A stretch of DNA of 64,000 nucleotides, from positions 124,001 through 188,000 of the forward strand of contig CAUYUJ010000004.1 of NCBI GenBank assembly GCA_963575745.1, given 5' to 3'. The notes below the pieces were generated by a model. The model saw only the letters and a program-made list of their open reading frames with translations. It was not told the origin of the DNA and did not search any database. Positions 24,759-37,582 of this stretch are shown here, piece by piece. The stretch comes from Prorocentrum cordatum (Eukaryota). The position numbers were made by a program, and so were the translations under genes. Every line of letters starts with the position of its first letter. Position 1 is the stretch's first letter.

Positions 24759-25027
24759 GATCGGAGGTGAGGGGTGAGATCGAACTGGAACGGAGAGCCC
24801 CCCTACCGGGAAATCGGTTTCGGTTTCGTGTTCGTGCGTGCCGTGCGTGCGGGCGAGGCGAAGCTGCGTGGGCGGGCGAGAAATAAGTCTCCTGCAGCTG
24901 AGGCGCGGCCGGACCAAAAGTCTCCCTTCCGGCAATCTGTGCCCCGCGGTGTCCCGCCGGTGTCCCGCTCGGGGGCCGGTGGCGCGCGGTGTCCCGCCGG
25001 TGTCCCGCCGGTGTCCCGTCGGTGTCC

Positions 25028-25101
<74 letters not shown>

Positions 25102-25216
25102 GTGATGGTGATGGTGATGATGATGATGATGATGATGTTGATGATGATGTTGACGACGATGATGATGGTGATGGTTGTGATGATGATGATGGTGTCCCGA
25201 TGATGATGATGATGAC

Positions 25217-25247
<31 letters not shown>

Positions 25248-25334
25248 GTGATGGTGATGGTGATGGCGATGATGATGATTGTGCCCCGATGACGATGATG
25301 ATGATGATGATGATGTTGATGATGAGGATGTTGC

Positions 25335-25372
<38 letters not shown>

Positions 25373-25719
25373 GTGCTCAGATGATGATGATGATGATGAT
25401 GATGTTGATGATCCTGAAGATGTTGTCGATGATCATTTGATCTGATGATGATGAAGACGATGATGAAGCTGGTGCCCCGATGATGGTTATGATGATGAGG
25501 TTGATGATGCTGTTGATGATGATTGTGATGATGATGATGATGACGGCGATGATGATGATGATGGTGATGATGATGACGATGATGGTGTCCCGATGATGAT
25601 GTTGGTGATGATGAGGATGATGATAAGGTGATGATGATGATTTTGATGATGGTGGCCCAATGATGGTGATGATGATGCTGATGTTGATGATGATGATGAT
25701 GATGGTGTCCCGGTGATGT

Positions 25720-25750
<31 letters not shown>

Positions 25751-25895
25751 GGTGACATGATGATGGTGTTCCGATGATGATGATGTTGGTGATGATGATG
25801 TTGCTAATGATGATGATGGTGGTGTCCCGATCTTGATGTTGATGATGCTGTTCATGATTCTGATGATGAGATGATGATGATTATGGTGGTGTTCC

Positions 25896-25955
<60 letters not shown>

Positions 25956-26079
25956 AATGATGATGATGATGGTGTCCCGATGATGATGGTGTTGATGATG
26001 ATGGTGATGGTGACGATGATGGTGTCCCGCTGATGATGGTGATGATGATGGCGATGATGAGATGGTGATGGTGATGAGT

Positions 26080-26126
<47 letters not shown>

Positions 26127-26513
26127 TCCCGATGATGCTGATGAGGATGATGATACTGATGACGTTGATGACGATGATGTTGATGATGATGACGTTGCTT
26201 GTGATATCGATTGTGATATCGATTGTGAGATCGATAGACCGAATGTGAGACCGAATGTGAGATCGATTGTGAGATCGATAGTGGGATCGATAGTGAGATC
26301 GATTCGGAGATCGATAGTCAGCTCGATTGTGAGATCGAGATCGATCGAATGGAATGGATCGAGTGAGATCGATTATGATATCGATCGAGTGAGATCGATC
26401 GAGCGAGACCGATAGTGAGATCGATAGTGAGATCGATAGTGAGACCGATCGAGTGAGACGTTGGTTCCTCCACCCCCCGAACCTCCTTATCACCCAAAGG
26501 GTGGTCGTATAGG
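24759..26513 (+). mobile_element. Composite repeat family C copy, internally expanded by (GAT)n
   Basis: Head GATCGGAGG...GTGCGTGCGGGCGAGGCGAAGCTGCGTGGGCG, then (GGTGTCCCGN)n and (GATCGATAGTGA)n, ending ...TTATCACCCAAAGGGTGGTCGTATAGG. Confidence 0.75.
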
Positions 26514-26735
26514 TAGTATATGCGTCGTGGCGGGCGCTTTCTGGCCACACCGCTCGGGAAACGACCTCCTACAAGATGGGTATACTACCTATAGGAATGG
26601 CCTCCGGCCAGTGCCGCCGATCCGGGGCGCTCCGGGTGCCTGTGGAAATGAGAGACGACGAGGAAGTCGAAAACGACGACGAAAACGAATACGTCGACGA
26701 CGACGACGACTACGAGAGCGACGACGACAACGACC

Positions 26736-26767
<32 letters not shown>

Positions 26768-26797
26768 AGCGACGACACGACGCGAAGACGCGAGCGA

Positions 26798-26910
<113 letters not shown>

Positions 26911-26929
26911 AACGACGACGACCTGGCGA

Positions 26930-27515
26930 CGGGGGGGGAGCTGGTTTGCAGGGGGGGGCTGTCTGCTCTGCCAGGGGGGGGTCCTTCCGCACGGCAAAGG
27001 GAGGGGCCTGCAGGGAGAGGGGGTCTGCTCTGCAGAGTAGGGGGGGCTGCAGGAGGGGGGTCTGCTCTGCATGGGAGGGGGGTGCCAGGGTGGGGTGGGG
27101 GGGTAACGCTCGCAGGGGGGCGGGGGCTGCACGGGGGGGGTCCGCTCTGCAAGGGGGGAGGGGTTGACTTGGGCCTGCAGGAGGGGGTGGTGGGTGGGGC
27201 GCTCTGCAGGGGGAGAGGTGCAAGGAGGGGGGTCTGCCTCTTTCAGAGGGGGGTGTGCAGCGGGAGGGGGGGGGGGTTCCGCCTCTGCAGGGGGGAGGGG
27301 GGGGTGGTTCGCAGGGGGGAGGTCCTGCTCTGCAGGAGGGGCCCTGCTCTGCAGGGGAGGGGGTGCATGGGAATGGGGGGGGTCCCTGGCTTCTCCCGGG
27401 GGGGGGGCTGCAGGGGGGGATCTGCTTCTGCAGGGGGGGGGGCTGGGCTGCAGGAGGGGAAGGGGGGGGGCGCTCTGTACGGGGGTGGGTCCGCTCTGGA
27501 GGGGGGGGGGTGCGA
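26930..27515. repeat. G-rich (CTCTGCAGGGGGG)-type repeat with G-quadruplex potential
   Basis: Repeated TGCAG followed by G-runs. Confidence 0.8.
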
Positions 27516-27637
27516 AGCACTGAATTAGGTCAGCAATAGGTCGGAAATAGGTCGGAAATGAGGTCCCCCCCTCTGCAGAGCGAAGCTTGAGCGAGCTCAA
27601 GCCCACGCTCTCAGAAACTCACACGCCGGATCGGCGG

Positions 27638-28584
27638 ATACGACGACCCTTCGGGTGATAAGGAGTTTTTTTGGGGGGAAAGGGGGGGGAACCAACATCT
27701 ATCGATCTCACTATCGATCTCACTCAACGGGACACCACGGGACACCACGGGACACCACGGGACACCACGGGACACTTGTCGATCTCACTATCGATCTCAC
27801 TCAACGGGACACCGCTAGACACCACGGGACACCGCGGGACACCTCTCGATCTCACTATCGGTCTCACTATCGATCTCACTATCGATCTCACTCAACGGGA
27901 CACCTTAGGACACTACGGGACACCTCGGAACACCTCGGGACACCACATCGATCTCACTGTCGATCTCACTATCGATCTCACTATCGATCTCACTCAACGG
28001 GACACCACGGGACACCACGGGACACCTCGGGGCACTACATCGATCTCAGTATCGATCTCTTTTTCGATCTCACTATCGATCTCACTGTCGATCTCACTCA
28101 GCGGGACACCACGGGACCACGGGACACCACGGGACACCACGGGACACCACGGGACACCGCGGGACACCGCGGGACACCGCGAACCACCGCCGGACGGACG
28201 GACGGACGGGCGAGCGGTGGATAATCATTTGTCTTGACTTCGCCCCAGCAACGGCGGACACCACGGGACACCACGGGACACCGAGGGACACCGCGGGCCA
28301 CCGCCGGACGGACGGACGGAGGAGAAACATTTGTCTTGATTTCGCCCTAGCAACGGCTGGCACCACGGGACACCACGGGACACCGCGGGACACCGCTAGG
28401 GCCACTGCCGGATGGACGGACGGACGAGAAACATTCGTCTCGACTTCGCCCTAGCAGCGGCGGGTTCATTCCCCTCGCGCGCCCACGCAGCCTCGCCTCG
28501 CCCGCACGCACAACACGAACGTAACGCAACGACTTCCTGGTTGGGGGTCTCCGTTCCACTGCGATCTCGCCCCCGACCTCCGAT
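27638..28584 (-). mobile_element. Family C copy in inverted orientation
   Basis: Reverse complement of the head, the 10-mer and 12-mer arrays and the terminal hairpin seen at 24759-26513 and 60864-61935. Confidence 0.8.
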
Positions 28585-29082
28585 GAGTTCGGGTCGGACG
28601 CATGCCTCCAAGGAGGACACGATGATGTGATGATGTTTTCGCTGCAAATGCTATACCGAAGTACTGGGCAGTGACGTGTGCGAGCTCGGCGGGGATTTCG
28701 CGCGACCCCCGCTGTACCCTCGCTGCGCTGAGCGGGTTCGAGCCTGAGGGCCACGGAACAAACAATGTCACAATGCTGCTCTTGCGCAAAATGAGCTTTG
28801 TTAGAGCTTGGGCGTCCCATTTAGGCGCGCTGCGCTTCCCCTCCGTGCTCCCGCATGCTGCTTCGGGGCTCCGCCGTTCCGCGGCCGCCTCTCGCGGAGG
28901 GAGTGAGGCAGCAGGGCGCGCGGGGCCGCGCCGCCCTCCAGGACTTGAGAGATCCTTCCCCGTGATCGCCGCCCCCCTCGTCCTCCCCCTGCTGCTTGTA
29001 GCAAAGTGTGCGCCTTCGCTGTTTTCTCGTCGGAGGCCTCGTCTGACGGCTGGCCCACTTCGAACACGCCCCCGTCAGAGTC

Positions 29083-29096
29083 GGATGATGAGGATG

Positions 29097-29137
<41 letters not shown>

Positions 29138-29165
29138 AATGATGATGATGATGACGATGATGACG

Positions 29166-29197
<32 letters not shown>

Positions 29198-29777
29198 CAT
29201 GATGGTGATGATGATCATGATTATGATGCTGATTCTGATTACGATGGAGATAAAGATGTTGCTGATCATGATGTTGATCATGATGACGATGGTGATGGTG
29301 ATGATGCTGCTGATGATGATAACGGTGAGGATGATGATGATGATGCTGATGATGATGATGACGGCGATGATGATGTTGATGATGATGAGGAAGAGGACGA
29401 TAATGAGGATTCGAGCGGGTGGAGGAGGATGAGGAGGAGGATGTGAGTGAGGAGGAGGAGGAGGATGAGGAGGATGAGGCTGATGATGATAATTATGGTA
29501 ATGATGATAATGATGATACTGATGATAATGATGATGAGGATGATAATGATTATGATGAGGAGGAGGATAATGACTTGGATGACGATTATGATGCTGGTGA
29601 TGATGATGATGATGATGACAATGGCAACGATGCTGGTGATGGTGATGACGACGTCGATGATGACGTCGATGGTGACGATGATGATGCTGATGATGACGAT
29701 CATGATGATGACTATGATGCTGCTGATGATGATGCTGATGATGTTGATGATGATGACGATGACAACGATGCTGGTGG

Positions 29778-29811
<34 letters not shown>

Positions 29812-30007
29812 TACGTCGATGATGTCGTCGATGGTAACGATGATCATGATGATGATGAGGATCATGCTGATGATGATGATGATGATTATGCTGATGATCA
29901 TGATAATGACTATGAGGGTGATGGTGAGTGTGATGATGCTGATGACGGTTCTGCTGATGATGGTAATGATAATGATAATGACAATGATGGTGATGATGAT
30001 GATGATG

Positions 30008-30064
<57 letters not shown>

Positions 30065-30206
30065 CTGATGCTGATGATGATGATGATGTCCAAGGTGATG
30101 ATGATGACGATAAGACGGAGCAGGATGGTGAGGATGAGAAGTTGATGTGGATGATGATGACGACGATGATGGTGATAAAGATGCTGTTGCTGCTGCTGCA
30201 GATGCT

Positions 30207-30276
<70 letters not shown>

Positions 30277-30351
30277 GTGATGGTGATGGTGATGGTGATG
30301 GTGATTGTGATCATGCTGCTGATGATGATGAGGATGGTGATTATGATGATA

Positions 30352-30447
<96 letters not shown>

Positions 30448-30515
30448 GTGATGATGCCAGTGATGATGAGGAAGAGGAGGATGAAGAGGAGGAGGAGGAG
30501 GAGGAGGAGGAGGAC
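29083..30515. repeat. Degenerate (GAT)n microsatellite
   Basis: Direct observation. Confidence 0.95.
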
Positions 30516-30578
30516 GAAACCCTGAAATCAATGAATGCATACAGTCAATTCTTGACGCTTTGCGTAACCCCACCAGGG

Positions 30579-30610
30579 TCCGTAGCCTGGCTCAAGCCAT
30601 CTGGCTCAAG
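30579..30610 (+). other. Tandem relict dinoflagellate spliced leader
   Basis: TCCGTAGCCTGGCTCAAG followed by CCATCTGGCTCAAG, versus DinoSL DCCGTAGCCATTTTGGCTCAAG. Confidence 0.8.
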
Positions 30611-30721
30611 CTGTCTGGTGGGCCTGCCTCCCTCGGGGCAATCTCCCACCACTCAATGGGGCGCCCGGACGCTTTTCCTCCCTCCGGTCCATTTCCATTC
30701 TCCCCGGCAAGCACCGCTGCG

Positions 30722-32098
30722 ATGGCGGACCCGCACCAGGATGTGCTCGGGAATGAGGATCCAACAGTACGCAGCATGGGAGACTGTGTACTGGCTTCAG
30801 TGGAGAGATCTTCCCCGCAGAGTGTGCGACCGCCGCTGACACGCGAGGATGGGCCAGCACCGAGATCAACACCGCCCTTGGGGCGCGAGGAAGGAGGACA
30901 TTTACTGCCGCTGGGGGAAGGTCACGCCCCCGAGCTGAACCCTGAGCGCATTCCCGTCCCGTCTTCCCCCCCCGTTTCCCCTCGCAACGGAACGGGCGTG
31001 CCGCAGCGGGCGCGAGCAATGGATGCTACTCGATCCGCGATGTTCGGAAATAGGGACGAGGACCAGTCTCTGTAGACAGCCCGTGAAGCTCCCCCAGCTG
31101 ACGGAGCCTCATCCCCAGCCTAAGGGGATGCGGACCCCCCTCAGGATGACGCAGGCCGAAACGTTCATGCTCCCCCTCCCACATCCTATGATCCAACAGC
31201 TAACGTGGCTATCGGCCGCACCCCCTCCTCTCCTCCTCCCCCAGGGGGGCAGAATGACAGTGCGGCGCCACCCAGAATGCGACAGGTCGATCAGAGTGCG
31301 TGCGACAGAGTATCCAATGCTGGGAGACCCCCTCCAGTGACGGGCACTGCCCACACGCAGGCACAGAGCAGAGACGCGGCGCGCAGCGAGCCTGCGCCCC
31401 CCGACGGTGACTCACTCCCTCGTATGTCATCGAGTCCTGCGGCTATCGGCCGCGCTTCCCTTTCCTCTCCTACCATTTCACCAGTTAACGCGGCTATCGG
31501 CTGCACTTCTCCTCGCTCTCCTCCTCCTATTCCTTGCGACTTACCAGATTCAGCGGCTATCGGCTGCACCGCCCCCCCAGCTCCCCCTCGCGAATCGATG
31601 AATGACCTTGCCTCGGCACACAGACCCCCTGGTGAGGCCGAGGCGCAAGCTACCGTGCCCCCCGAAGTAGCAACGGTGGGCGATGCCACTTATAGTGGAG
31701 CTGCGCAAGGGGGAGGAACAAGGCCCTCCCCCACAGCCTTCGCAGCCTGACTTCCTCGGGACGACGCGGCCGTAGAACGAGCCGCGGCCATCCCGGTGCC
31801 TGGCTCAGGGGACGACCTCGAGATAACCCCCACCGTACCCTTCCACCCGAGGGGAGACAGTGCTGACGGGGGGGATAGACACGAGGCTGAACACGTACTT
31901 GACAGCATAGCAGGTGCTGACCCAGGAGGGGACATGGACCCAGGAGAAAACGAGCAAGATGACAGGCTCCTATTCGAGGACGAGCACGACTGGGGTGCCG
32001 ATGATGACAGCACCTCGGACTCTGACGCTTGGGAGCGGGGCCTGCCTCGCGCCTGGTGCCGAGACGCCGCGAGCACGAGGACGAGGGCCCCTGCCGGT

Positions 32099-32140
<42 letters not shown>

Positions 32141-35011
32141 AGCGGATAGGGAGTTGTCTCGGAATATCGACTCCCCCTCTCAAGCCCCCACAGTGATGGG
32201 CCCCAGAAACACCATGAGGGGAGGCCCTCTGGCAGCCCTCCTCTCGCGGCACGAGCCAAGGGGTGGGCCGTGGAGGGTGCGCAGAGTTTCCCCCCGTAGC
32301 CAGGCTATGAAAGAAGGACTGGTTGGACTGATGAGACAGCGCTGGCCCAGACACCCCTCAGGCCGCTGGGGAGAAAGCCAGCCCGACAGGAGCTCAACAG
32401 GACGTGGAGGCTCAGTGACCCCCCGCGCCGCCGCGACAGCCATGGCTCACCTAGACCTCACATGGCTGGTCTAGTCCATCACGGGCTCCGATCACGAAGC
32501 TAGGCTAGGTGGAATCGGGCCAGGCCCAGTCCAGATACTCGCCTTCCGATATGCCAGTCTCGCACAAGACCCAGACATCGGGGACGATATACACGAGGTC
32601 CACGAGCCTACGCAGGAGGAGATCCTAGCGGCGGAAGCAGAGTATGACCCCTCTACGTGGACATAGGAATGTGCGAACCTACGGATCTGATGTTCCTGCC
32701 AACCCTCCTAGGCATGTCCAGGTGGCGGCATGATCCGGCGCCAGACGCAGCGGACAATGGACCTACTGACACGAACTCAGAGGGGAAAGCCAGGATCTGC
32801 AAACACCTAGTCCACGAGCACCGCAGCAACTCCGTGCACTTCCCAGACCACAGTGAGGTCCGACGATGGGCCATCAGCAGAGGACACTGGGTTGATGCCG
32901 GTGCAGACGTCCTCGCAACACCGCAACAGGGCTTAAGCCGCGACGGATGGGCGACACCAGCCGTTCACAGCGCGGAGCCGCAGCCCCCTGGCATACTGGG
33001 GCCCAGAGATTTAGAAGGTGACAACCCAACAGGACCATGGCCCGTCAACAACACCTCCCAAAAGATCCTGAGGGGAGATTTTTTCCAACCCAAAGGCAGA
33101 TGCGGAAGCTGCGGATGCTGGCGCATGAGACAGGGCGCGAGCATTTGCATCGTGTGTCTCAGACTAGGTTCAGCATGGGCCACGTGCACGGACAGCTCTC
33201 CCACCACCGAGCTGGAAGCCCCCAAACACCCTCTGGACCTACTGGATACAAGACTCACACTCCAGCTCGCCAGGGTGGGAGCTCGCTGCGCCCCCGTCGC
33301 CAGCCACATCGACAACGCGCGTCGCCCAACAGAGGCCACCAACTTCTCCCCTTTTTGGCTAATAGCCGAGCTCCTTGCAGCCTGGTGCCACATGGCTGAG
33401 GCGGAGGTGGAGAACCTCGGGAGGCTGAACCAGCAGGAAGGGCGGATGCCCATCCCACCAGGACCATGGGGCGACCCAGCACTCTGGGCAGCGGCCGGCT
33501 CCCTGGCCAAACTCTGCTGTGCAACGATGGCATGGGCTATCGACGCGACGACGCACCTACAGCATACTGTACGACAACACCCCCTCGGTGGCCAGCTTCG
33601 CGATTGGGTTCCGAGGTGCCTCCTGAACGCACCCACCGCCAGCGTGCCGGTGCAACCCCCGCCAGCGCACCCGTGCCCGCCACGAGGGTCACGGGGCCCA
33701 AGGACTAGGTACCAACGCTGCTTCGAAGGCCTCCCAGTCGGGGAAGTGGAATGGGTCCGAAGGGAAATCGGGGGTACGTTCATCGAGCAGGCGCTCTCCA
33801 TCACCCCGGCAGACAGGGCATGGGCGACTGACCCAAGCCCGGAAGCGATTGAAGCAACGGACGTGGCGTGCAGAGCCGCGGCGGCGGCCGCCATAGGCAG
33901 CGGGAGATTGGTAGGGTACAGCCTGCTACCTGGAAACCCGAGAGGGGGGGCGCTGAGGTTGGCGATAGCCCTGCGGACGAGGGCGAGAGGAATCGGCGCC
34001 ACGGTAGCCCGAGACGAGCGCCATCAGGGCAACGCAAGAGTGGGCGGCGGCGCACGCGCCACGAGCTCCCCAGTGCCGAGTCCGACTGCACTCCCGCCTC
34101 ACAGAAATGAAGGAAATGTCAGAAGACTGTTGCAATAAATCCAGGACATCCGCTCCCAGTTTGCAAATGACAACATCCCACCGAACATGACATGGAGTCG
34201 GCTGGCGGTACCCTTCATATGGGGAACAGCGGCGGAAGAAGGAAGAAGGGCCACACTCGAACAGGCGTTCGAAGCCACAGGGATCCCCAGCTCCTAGGCG
34301 AGGAGGGCCGGCGAAACATAGCAGCAAGTTGGAGTCGCTACGATGGAGGGGGCGCGCCGCAGGCTCGGACTAGCGGCAGCCAGCCTGACGACAGACATCG
34401 GAAGAACGGTCGCATCCCCCCGTCTGGGCGGATACATAGACCCCCCGCTGCAGGAAAGCATGATGAGGTGGCTTGACCCCCACGGGCTGCTCCAGGAGGC
34501 AGTGCTTACTGCAGACAGACAGGCGGTCGAAAGCGGCGCGCGGCTGCGTAATGCTCGGAACCAGGACCGACCCAGCGGGCACGGGGGTGGCGCAGCAGGC
34601 AGAAAGCGGCCCAACTCCCCCGCACCAGGAAGGGCACGAAACACCACCACCCCGTGGCACGAAAACACCAGACAGCGGCCTGAGGGGCACACCAGCGGAA
34701 GCAGCAGTGGCGCTGCATAGGTATTCAGTAGGGGAGGAACCCTGGACGCCTTGATACGGGCGCTTGACGCCACGCAGAGAGACGACGAGGCGGCCGGTAG
34801 GGCCAGGCAGCATAATGTGGACCGCATTTCCCTCAACGGGTCAGAGGCCCAAACAGTGGTAGAAGGACTGCTCAGAGAAACCAGAACCCGACTGGACCCA
34901 GCGAGCTGGATATCGAGAGCCATGCGGTTCTGCCTCTCCGAGGGGTGGTGGAAGTTCTGGGCCAGTGTGGACATGTATTCCACAGAGAGTGCCTGGAGCA
35001 ATGGAGGCTGA
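30722..35011 (+). pseudogene. SL-headed, intronless decayed coding sequence (~1400 codons) of unknown function
   Basis: ORF-track pieces 30560-31075, 31205-31750, 31796-32149, 32657-34138, 34343-34720 and 34751-35011 are all in one frame, separated by stops and a probable frameshift at the C37 run (32102-32138). Contains CGSCGC...CIVC. Confidence 0.5.
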
Positions 35012-35490
35012 GCCAGCCCGGGGTCTTCAGAGGAGGAGACAGCGCCATGCCAGTCCGATGCCCCTAATCCAGAAGCCCTTATACTGAGGACGATCGAGGT
35101 CGTTTCAAAGCGGTCCCGGGGGACTGCTTTGAACGCTAGGCAACGTTCAAAGCAGCCCCCTGGGACTGCTTTGAACGATGTGGATTTCTGGCCAGAAGAG
35201 CGCAGGGAGGAACAGGAGGAGGAGGAGGAGGAGGAGAAGGCGGAGAGGGCTGTTGCAAGGCGCGCCGATGGCTCCTGTCCGTCGCCACGGTGTGCCCAGA
35301 GGGGGAAGAGGTGGAGGAGAAGGAGGGGGGGGAGGGGTTCGAGGAAGGATCGGCGAGGTTTTCTCATCAGTTTCGGCCTCTAGAGGCCCAGCGGGACAAC
35401 AATGCCGCAGTTGCGGCGATCCAGAGTAATTCTTTCAAAATCGAAGATTCCCCTCTGCCCCTCTGCCTTCAGGGGTGTTTGCATACATAC

Positions 35491-35522
<32 letters not shown>

Positions 35523-35659
35523 TTGTATGTATGTATGTGTACATATATATATATGTGTGTATATATATATATATGTATATAGATTGCGATTGGTATATAT
35601 GCTTGTACTTGTCGTCGCCGTCGCCGCCGTCGTCGCCGTCGCCGCCGTCGTCGCCGCCC

Positions 35660-35872
35660 TTCCAGGGCGCCCCCCCGCTTCGAGTAGCGGTCGCGGGGGG
35701 GCATCCTGGAGGGGCGTGTTCTGTTTCCCTCCCTGGGTTCTGGGGCGCCCCCCCCGCCGCGGGAAGCGGTCACGGGGGGGGGGGCGCTCTGGTGGGGCGC
35801 GTTCTGACCGCCCCCCCTGGGCCCTGGCCCCCCCCCGCCGCGAGGAAACGGTCACGGGGGGGCGCCCTGGAA
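35660..35872. mobile_element. 213-bp foldback element with perfect 17-bp terminal inverted repeats
   Basis: TTCCAGGGCGCCCCCCC (35660-35676) and GGGGGGGCGCCCTGGAA (35856-35872); three internal CCCCCCGC...CGGTCRCGGGGGG units. Confidence 0.65.
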
Positions 35873-36047
35873 AAGGTGAGCTCTCGACCCCTCCCCGATC
35901 CTCCTCACTGCATTCTCCCTCCCGCCCTCCCCCTCCAGTGCCGTTCGGCTCAAGCAGTGCCGTTCGGCTCAAACCAGCGCCGACGTCGGCGGTGGCACGG
36001 GCTCGCGCCTGTGCAGGATGGGCAGAGAATTGCACAGATTGGCAAAT

Positions 36048-36960
36048 ATGTGCGAAACGGCGGCCCTGGAGGAAGCAAAGGAAAATAGGGCCGCAGTTGC
36101 GGGGCCTCCATGGGGCGAAGGCGGCGATGGGACTGCTCGTGGATGGCGGGGCGACCGCAGTGGCGGATGGGGCGGCGGGGGTGGCCGCAGCGGTGGATGG
36201 CAAGGCGGAGATTGGCGCAGTGGCGCATGGCAAAGGGATGGATGGGGAAACGGCGACGGAGTTGACCGCGGTCGCGGACGGGAGTGCGGCGGCGGAGGTT
36301 GGCAATGCGGAGAGGAGGGTGGCGGCGGAACTCATGGCGCCAGTGGAAGTTGGGGGGGCCGCGCCAGCGGTGGAGGAGAGGGCGCAGGCGAACGCGGGCA
36401 GGGCCGCTGGAGCGGATGGGAAGACGGCCGCTGGAGCGGTTGGGAAGGCGGCCGCTGGAGCGGATGGGAAGGCGGCCGCGAAAACCAATGGCAAGGCGCA
36501 GTTGCGCACGTCCAAGGAGAGGGCGCCCCCGCAGGGCGAGCGGCAGACGACGCGAAGGGCAAGGGGAAAACCGCAGTGGCGCATGTCCCAGGGCGAGGAG
36601 GTGCCGCAGTTGCGGACGCCAGCCGCCCTGGGGTGTACACGTTGGAGCACTTCCAAACCTACGTGGCGCGCTGGCATGGCAACTATAAGCAGCACAACGC
36701 GGCCTTGAAGTACTACCGCGAAGAGTACGAAAACCCAGCTGACCCCTTCAACAGCCGATTTCCTGTTTTTGACCCCGCAGTTGCGGAGCCGATTTCGCGC
36801 ATTATCAAGCGCAAAGGGCGCGGAAGGGGCGCAGGACAACAGGGGCTGGGAGTGGGGCCGCGCAGAACTGGTCCCGTGGTCTTGGCTGCAGCTGGTCGCG
36901 CAGATGGGTGCGGCCACAATGGAACTCGTCGTGTGCGGCCCTGACACCGCCCGGTGCCCC
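36048..36960 (+). pseudogene. GW/RG-rich protein-coding remnant downstream of SL-like relics, with a frameshift near 36830
   Basis: MCETAALEE...GRWSGWEGG x3...YTLEHFQTYVARWHGNYKQHNAALKYYREEYE, continuing in another frame as WEWGRAELVPWSWLQLVAQM. Preceded by GCCGTTCGGCTCAA twice (35940-35972). Confidence 0.5.
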
Positions 36961-37582
36961 GACCAGCGGCGGCCGCCGCCGTCGGCCCGCCGGCGGCGGC
37001 GACGGCGGCGGCCGCGCCGGCCACGGCGGGCGCGCCGGCGGCCGCGGCGGCACCGCGGCCGCGCCGGCCACGGGGCGGCCGCGGCACCGGCGGCGGCAGC
37101 GGCCGCCGCGGCCGGCCCGAGGGCGCAGCGCGCGCCGCGGCGCCGGCGGCCGAGGCGGCATCGCCGCGGTCGGCCGCCGCAGCAGCCGCGGCGGCCACAG
37201 CGGCAGCGGCGGCCGCGGCGGAGGCGCCGCCGGCCACGCAGGGGCGGGGGGCCAAGCCGGGCCGCGGCGGCGGCAGGCCGGCCGGGGCCGGCCGCGGCGG
37301 CGGGGCGGCTGGCGGCCGGCCGCCGCAACCGCCGTGGAGGCCGCCGCGGCGGCGCGGCCGCAACGGCGACGCCGCTGCAGCCAGGCGGCGGCAGGCCTGG
37401 CGGGCAGGCCGCGGGGGCGGCGCGGCGGGCGGCAACGTGCCGTCGCCGCCGCCGCCGCGCCGCGCGCGCGGCCATGGCGAGCAAGCGGGGGCGCGGAGGG
37501 GGGCGAGCCCCTCGCGCGCCCCCGCGGAGGTCAGCGTCAACGGGGGGGCACAGCGGCGCCCCCTCGAGAGGTGGGGGGCTGC

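Noticed and set aside
28620..29080. Possible intermediate exon (...RRPPGLE) or minus-strand exon
   Set aside because: No compatible donor in the needed phase and no motif support.
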